Shown: positions 29,501 to 64,000 of the stretch, piece after piece | Layout of the letters: each line of letters opens with the position of its first letter | Position numbering within the stretch: the stretch's first letter is position 1 | Assembly (NCBI GenBank): GCA_040954595.2 | Contig: CM082596.2 | Location: 3,465,025-3,529,024, forward strand | DNA length: 64,000 nucleotides | Direction: 5' to 3' | Source: Balanoglossus misakiensis | Lineage: Eukaryota > Animalia > Hemichordata | Notes under the pieces: generated by a model | The model's database searches: none | The model's input: the letters and a program-made list of their open reading frames with translations, nothing else | What the model was told of the DNA's origin: nothing | Made by a program: the position numbers and the translations under genes

Positions 29501-30138
29501 TTCAAGGTAGCATTATTGTTCTTTTGTCAATTAACTTAACAAAAAATCCTCATGAATCTATTGCATCAGTGACTTTGTAGCTGACAGTAATATTTAAAAA
29601 TTAGGAAAAGCTGATTAAAAAAATAACACCACCTAAATATGTATGGTTTGGAATATCAACATTACAATATAAGATAGTCGCCAAAATATATTTAAAAATT
29701 ACATTTACCTTATAAACGTTGAAGGTTTTTAAAAACGAAATTAAAATCTACATGGTGATGAACATAACATTGTATAGAAATCATGAGAAAAATGAAAATA
29801 AATACCTTGATATTCTACCACTAGTTCCGCATAGCACACACTTCTGCCAGCTGAGTTAATGGCTTCACACATGTATTCTCCATCGTGGTTTTCAGTCGCA
29901 TTTTCAATAAAAAGCACGCTCCTCCCATCCTCCTCACTGTACATCACAAAGTTTTCAGGACTGATTGGTTTTCCGTTATGGTACCACTTAGTTTCGGGAG
30001 TAGGGACACCACTCACTCTGCACTCAAACTGAACCTTGTCTCCTTCTAAGACAACCAGGTCTGCGATTTTTTCCTCAAATTTCGGCGGGGTGGGTGCAGG
30101 TCCAGTGGTTTCTTGTAGCAGCTCAGTTATTTTGCCAT
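2215..30138 (-). CDS. OBSCN: Multi-exon obscurin/UNC-89-like region: Ig x2, giant repeat exon, IQ, Ig x5, SH3, SH3, RhoGEF DH, PH, SH3, Ig x2, pseudokinase, Ig; about 38 exons, about 3,800-4,250 aa; no start exon seen
   Basis: The SH3 IYMAVTDY...DGQYVDVLDS...WLVRTKPTK...KQGWV closely resembles the obscurin SH3 (recalled, not aligned). It is followed by DH (ELLETE, YLIKPVQRVTKYQLLLKE) and PH exons. Phases are consistent throughout. Confidence 0.85.
3161..3212 (-). CDS. 52-nt linker exon TRDSAKAVGQNPTTVMS
   Basis: cacacag|...|gtgagt; bridges phase 0 to phase 1. Confidence 0.6.
3495..8171 (-). CDS. Kinase 3, likely a pseudokinase; exons 8069-8171, 7628-7828, 7294-7435, 6691-6878, 4118-4267, 3495-3603
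   Basis: QLAR|GKFCKV, VAKF, IVHLNIE|PGNIL, ADFG, YPEFISPE, SDVWSIG, LRHPWL. Confidence 0.85.
8355..9297 (-). CDS. Two Ig exons (9007-9297, 8355-8639)
   Basis: ORFs 8999-9307 and 8341-8631. Confidence 0.9.
9682..10373 (-). CDS. Exons 10141-10373 (Ser/Pro-rich linker) and 9682-9907 (divergent SH3 #3)
   Basis: MYTLKADV...LIKGQTVKVI...QQGYVADHFL. Confidence 0.78.
10537..11192 (-). CDS. PH domain; exons 11010-11192, 10764-10859, 10537-10645
   Basis: LGRLFRKD...RQIFLFQD...YIYKS; GDDRRFELW; KQAWVKEI. Confidence 0.88.
10886..10988. repeat. (GAGT)n-(GAAT)n microsatellite filling most of a 150-nt intron
   Basis: Seen directly. Confidence 0.95.
11316..12403 (-). CDS. RhoGEF DH domain; exons 12233-12403, 12022-12091, 11811-11903, 11535-11684, 11316-11393
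   Basis: ELLETERQFV, FMNLEQIYEFH, YCKNK, LSDYLIKPVQRVTKYQLLLKE, VPKRAND. Confidence 0.9.
12548..12870 (-). CDS. Exon, obscurin-type SH3 (#2) and start of DH
   Basis: ORF 12544-12909. Confidence 0.9.
13007..13910 (-). CDS. Exons 13798-13910 (linker), 13475-13618 plus 13261-13348 (SH3 #1), 13007-13143 (linker)
   Basis: FYKVTSDF...LKVGDQVDVL...RWLVRH...|IGYIPAALL. Confidence 0.8.
14383..16070 (-). CDS. Exons 15958-16070 plus 15453-15650 (Ig), 15000-15324 (acidic/Pro-rich linker), 14383-14726 (Ig)
   Basis: PPEFIDKP...ARISCTVKG|SPSPSLVWF; PPPPFPPR linker; APRFIKT...EGRYTC. Confidence 0.85.
16110..17731. mobile_element. Putative non-autonomous element in an intron: CpG-rich body, about 210-bp internal tandem repeats, two G/C-run hairpins
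   Basis: Repeat motifs near 16940, 17157 and 17370; palindromes at 17463-17549 and 17633-17731. Boundaries uncertain. Confidence 0.5.
17847..17889 (-). CDS. 43-nt linker microexon EFIEEPKESASDETS
   Basis: Bridges phase 1 to phase 2 into exon 15958-16070. Confidence 0.7.
18060..19890 (-). CDS. Exons 19615-19890 (Ig), 19425-19479 (linker), 19045-19208 plus 18650-18847 (Ig), 18060-18371 (Ig)
   Basis: I-set motifs; phases consistent. Confidence 0.85.
20141..26116 (-). CDS. Giant exon (acceptor at 26116 or 24886): basic N/H/S-rich segment, acidic E/V/T/P-rich repeat spacer, C-terminal IQ
   Basis: Uninterrupted 1996-codon ORF; both candidate acceptors are phase 1; donor at 20140. Confidence 0.85.
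20450..23000 (-). repeat. Coding tandem repeat with a 195-nt (65-aa) unit, about 12-13 degenerate copies
   Basis: Unit KEAVxSEELAVxxxxEMVExIDI...PQEVELVxPSETVxxQY; cttgcgacagcttctttca occurs at 22051 and 21271, 780 nt (4 x 195) apart. Confidence 0.9.
26988..27335 (-). CDS. Exon, Ig I-set
   Basis: PPVFDQPIKG...GHPKPSVKWY...AEYKCQAVN. Confidence 0.88.
29806..30138 (-). CDS. Exon, Ig I-set; first visible exon of the obscurin-like part, with a phase-1 acceptor
   Basis: taacag|AT GGC AAA...PPKFEEK...VQFECRVSGVPTP. Confidence 0.88.
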
Positions 30139-32279
30139 CTGTTAGATACACAGAAACAGTCAGGCAATGAACAGAAGAGAGGATGACCTACACTACAGGT
30201 TTGCTATGTATTCCGATTAGCAGGCAGCCAACAATAGATCAGTCTTTTATCATCCTGATCACACGGCACACATTTCAGGTGCAATTGACAGCATGACCAG
30301 CTATCAGATCACGTGTATTTCAAGGCATGGGCAGAGAGAATAATAGTTCCTGAACATTGTTGCAGATATTTTACTGTGCTCTGGTATGATTGTCACTGAT
30401 GAGGTTTACAGCAAGTGGTAATTGATTGGAATATTGATTTGATCAAGCAACAATATATTAATGGGATTGGGTGTGCTCAAGGTGACACTCAGGTTTAAAG
30501 GTTTGCATACAGCAGTGATGCCACCAAAGTGTCTCTGGCACTCCCCTTATTAAACGGGTGGTAGAATTCTATAGAGTTGTAACAGATATTCAAATAATTT
30601 TGAAGCATTTTGAGCACGATTTTCTGTTCAATTCTATAGAAAAACCAAATTCTATAGAAATCTATGGAACACTTTTCATAAGGTTTCTCACATCGGTGCA
30701 TGTTTGGAATCTTGAAAGGTTTGTGAAGTCCATGCATACAGTACAGTTGTATCATGAAAGCAAGCTTCCATGTAGGGTTTAGTGTCACTGCTGTGGCCTT
30801 TTGACCACAGTTGCTCTGTCGAAACCATCAAGCTTACTGCACTGTTACATCATGAAAACAGCAAGAGCACACCAGCTGTGGAAAGTGATGCGGTTGTCAT
30901 GGCAATGAGACTTTAAAACAACAACTGGCTTCTCTATCATTGGGGGAGTCTGATAAATTAATCTGACTTGTTATAACACATGTATTCACTGTTGAAAGAA
31001 CTGTGCCTTAAATATCTGTTGCTATGTAACAAACGCTGCTTTGATAGAGCAAATTTCATTAAGTTTATGGCGAATAGTAATTAACACATAGAACGACCAA
31101 TATGCATGGAGGAAGAGAGTCAGCAAATGAAATTAGAAATAACATGGGTACTCTTGACGCTTTTATTGAAAATTTCAATTTTTCCATTAAATCACAGGAC
31201 AATTCAGTGGTAAAAATAGCTGTAAGCCTTAGGGCCATAATGGAGATGAAATGTGTGTTAACATATACTACATTGTACATGTGGACTGTATCCCCACAAT
31301 TGAAAAAAGATAAAGCAGTACGTATCGAATTCTTGTTGAATATACTGCACCTGCTCCTCAGCTCAGGTGCTGAAATATCACATTGCCATTTTGAATGGCA
31401 AATATGGGATGTTCTCTTTTTTATTAGCCTTTTCCTACATAGACTGATTATCATTTCAAATATTATAGACTAATTTTATAGACTAATTTTATTATACATT
31501 TACATTATGCCAATATACTAGTACATACTTTTTTGCTTTGACATGAAATTTTTCACATTGGCTGAGGATGGTTAAGAGCTGCTTCTTTGTCAAACACTGA
31601 AACAGCTCAAACTTCTTACAAGTTTAATACATAGTCCTTGTCCCACTTTATTCTAACAGTTTAATAGCCTTAAACTCTTTTATTGTTTAAGAGATACTGT
31701 GATACTGCTATTTAGAAGATAAATGCACCACTTACGGGCCACTGAGTCAGGTGAAAAGACTTATCTGTAATTCTGTTCTGTGGTCTGTTGCCTTGGTGAT
31801 ATGCAATTATCCACATAATCAATTGATTCATCAGGCACATTTTAATGGAAATGACATTGTTGATCATTTTGCATGCACTAAATTGGGTATTAAGAAAATA
31901 ATTGGTCATTTGAAATGCAAGATATCTTCTTTAATATAATATTTTTAAGGTTTAGTATTATTAGCTTTGGGTTTCTGTTTGTCAACATCTTGAGAGATAA
32001 CAGCACTTAAGCTGCCAAATGTTTTAATAATCTTTTATGTTGATTTTTCAGTGATCAGGATAGCCTTTAGCTTCTCAAAATGTTCAATTTAGCTTCTCAT
32101 AATGTTCAATATCTAAATTGATTTAAATATGATACTGATAGGATGTATCTGACCTCATATAGTGAAAAATATCATATCATATTGGATCCAGGGGTGTGGT
32201 CGATATCTATACTGCATTGTACAGTTAAGTACATAAGTACTTGAAAATCAATGTGCCAATGGAAGGAATAATTTGTGTA

Positions 32280-34920
32280 TAAAGAGACTTTATTAACACT
32301 AACAGCACAGGAAAACATAACAATGCAGTGCAAAATACAAGATTAAAATAAACTAACCTGATCATTGTGTCATTGTATGTGAACTCTGTATCAATGAATG
32401 GCTGGGTTCGTTACTAGAGCGAAGAGTTAGCAACCCAGAAATGATAGGGTGATCCTGTTTTGATATGAACGTATATCAACTGGGTGGACACAATTCAAGC
32501 TGCGGTCAAGTGTGTTAAACTGTCTCGTTGTAGGACAACGTTGGGTGTTTTAAAACATAATAAAAGGACACTTAACTGGACTGATGTACTGGTAGTGTAT
32601 TCAACGTCTATCGTTGTAAGGTGACGTTGCACATTAATAGTATTAACAAAACTGATGCCGTGTGCTCAACAGACTGTGTAAGTGTATGGGTTCATAAGTA
32701 GTCTAGATGCTTGTGTCGTGCTATGTCATGCTTTATTGCATTTATCTGATCAATAACAGAGCAGCTTATTCCATTTTTCTAATAACCAATATGCATATAA
32801 CAATGGATGAAATAGTGTCAACTTCTGCTACAACAAAACAAAGCTATGATGGATCACACTCACCTACCTGTATCTAATAAATAATAAAACTGCAGAAGCA
32901 ATACTGATAATGTTGGAAAATTATTATTCACTTTCATGTTGTTTGGAATGGTTTGCCCATCACTTCATAGACACCATTTTCATCTGAAGTTGATAAACTC
33001 ATTAACTGCATTCACTCATTGAAAAAAAATTAAACTAACACAAATTCTCGAACGGAAAAAAATGAAAATAATAAAGATTCTCAAACAGAAAAAAAATAAA
33101 GTTCAGCAAGAAAATAATGAAGGTAGAAATGAATAGATGGAAACTCTTGTATAATAAGTGTGTTTCACTTACAGACCGTTGCTATGGTAATGACTGATCA
33201 TTATCCAGAAGTCTTTGTGCCAATAAAAGTGTGCTGTGTGGTTGGCACAGACTATTTTTGTACACAATAGCCCTGCAAGACTCTATTCATGTTGAATTAC
33301 TATCTTGCATTGATAAGGAAAAACTAATTATAGCTATGTCTCTGTACATCAGGGTAAAAAATGATAGTGATTTTCATATTCAAACTGTTAATTGACCACT
33401 TACGGTTCATTCGCTGTAAGTCAAGTATACTCTTAAACACTCATTTCTTCTTTTGTTAATATGCAGCCAGTTCTCTGTAAGGAACTAGTGGCAGCTTAAA
33501 TTTGACTAATCATGTCTGAATGTACAGTATTTTCTAAAGAAAAAAATATGTCATGGCTTCCATGTACACTCAGAGTTTCTGTCATAGTGTTAGATATCGC
33601 TAAAGAAGACATTGTCCTCCCCTCATCAGGCCCTAAGTATTAGAGTAGCTGAAGTTTAAGTTAGGAAATCATCATGGTAGACACTAACGTGGCAGACACT
33701 CTTGTCATAGAAATGATTGCTTCTGCATCATCATGAGATTTCTCTGATTTATAGGGAAAAAATATCGTCATGGTAACAAAAAATGGCAGACAGTTATTTA
33801 CTAAGACTCAAGTTGAGTGCAAATCAACAAGATATTTTAAGAAAAAATCCTCCAATTTATGAAAATTATGAAAATTGTGACTTCAGTCACAGAATAGAAA
33901 ATCCAATTAATAATATGCACAAGTCAAAATTTCCCTGTTGATAACATACTTGCTAATGATTTCACATGTTGTAGACAAACTACAAGAAGAACTAGTCTAT
34001 TAGAATAATTGAAAATAAACAGACATTACTGACTACTAGCAGTATTAAACTGAAGTCAAACGAAATTCTTTGTTGTGGCAGCTTGGAGTCAAACCTGCGA
34101 CCATGAAACAATACCGACTTGGATGTCCTATTACACTATTAAAATCTCTGCCAATCTATAATTATATGCTATTCTACCTTTTACCAGCTTTACTAAGTTT
34201 ATTTTAATATCGAATTACTAAATGTTGGTGAAAATTGAACTTTATATATAAACTTTATAAATATATTACATAATGTATGTACATCCATGGCATATCCCAA
34301 CTCAGCGTCTGTTAATTATTATTAGTTCATATCAGGATAAATTTAAAATTTCTTCCAATTGCTATCTCATGTCAAAACTGAAATAATATGTAGATTTGTG
34401 ACCGATTAGCTCTATTTCGTCATTCATGATTTTCATCCTACCAACTGTTAAGATCTATAACTCATTTTCAATGATCTGCTGAGTGAGTTGATATACAAGG
34501 TTAAACAATGAGTTGCTGTTTCAAAGTTTAATTTCGCTGCTACTAAATCACTTGTAAAATGTAACTTCAAAACAACGATAGACTGTATTTGTGACGTTGA
34601 GTGTATGTCTCCTTAGTTCACAACTTGGAGAGAGGGATGTGAAAAAAAGAAAGAAAAGAACTGAGAAATTGCAATGATGTGTTTTCAGGCCTGTGATTAC
34701 TGGAGATGTTTACTCAAATGATAAAACAACCAATTTGCTAACTTTCCAACTTTCCAAAGCCTTGTTGATAGAATGCTATGGAAATATAGTTTTCACGAAA
34801 CAAAATAAGGAAAGCCTTAAGCATTTATATGTGGGATAGCAAAGTGTAGTTGGCAGCAAATATGGAGAGAGGAATTGTATTGATGTGCATGTTGCCGTGG
34901 AGACAGCCAATCAATTTGAT
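32280..34920 (-). other. Probable 3' UTR and polyadenylation region of the MLCK isoform (intron in the putative long isoform)
   Basis: Non-coding AT-rich sequence after the stop; minus-strand AATAAA near 34198, 32732 and 32289. Confidence 0.45.

Positions 34921-64000
<29,080 letters not shown>

Noticed and set aside
31065-31473. Overlapping 123-aa and 129-aa ORFs between the two halves
   Set aside because: No recognisable domain and no convincing phase-1 donor linking to exon 30138.

Overview
AT-rich eukaryotic genomic DNA from an animal. A marine invertebrate, possibly a deuterostome, is inferred from protein features and not verified. Almost the whole window is one intron-rich minus-strand locus for giant muscle/cytoskeletal proteins, mapped by hand as about 70 GT-AG exons with compatible phases. 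The upstream part (64000 to 34921, open at the 5' window edge) is a myosin light chain kinase (MYLK-like) with two tandem Ig-FN3-kinase-CaM-IQ-Ig modules, DFRxxL actin-binding motifs and a telokin-like acidic tail. The downstream part (30138 to about 2215) is obscurin/UNC-89-like: Ig, Ig, a giant 4.7-6 kb exon with 65-aa E/V/T/P-rich repeats, IQ, 5 Ig, SH3, SH3, DH, PH, SH3, Ig, Ig, a likely pseudokinase and a last Ig. The downstream part has no visible start exon. The MLCK stop-containing exon carries an internal GTGAG donor in the right phase to splice into it, so the two parts may be one MLCK-obscurin mega-gene of more than 6,600 aa with three kinase domains. Other points: four PEP-19/neurogranin-like acidic-IQ motifs, an apparent gene-conversion tract between the two MLCK kinase exons, frame-bridging microexons, YCAY-type microsatellites at 3' splice sites, and two small palindromic or TE-like intronic elements. 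Exon boundaries were read by eye and have no transcript support.
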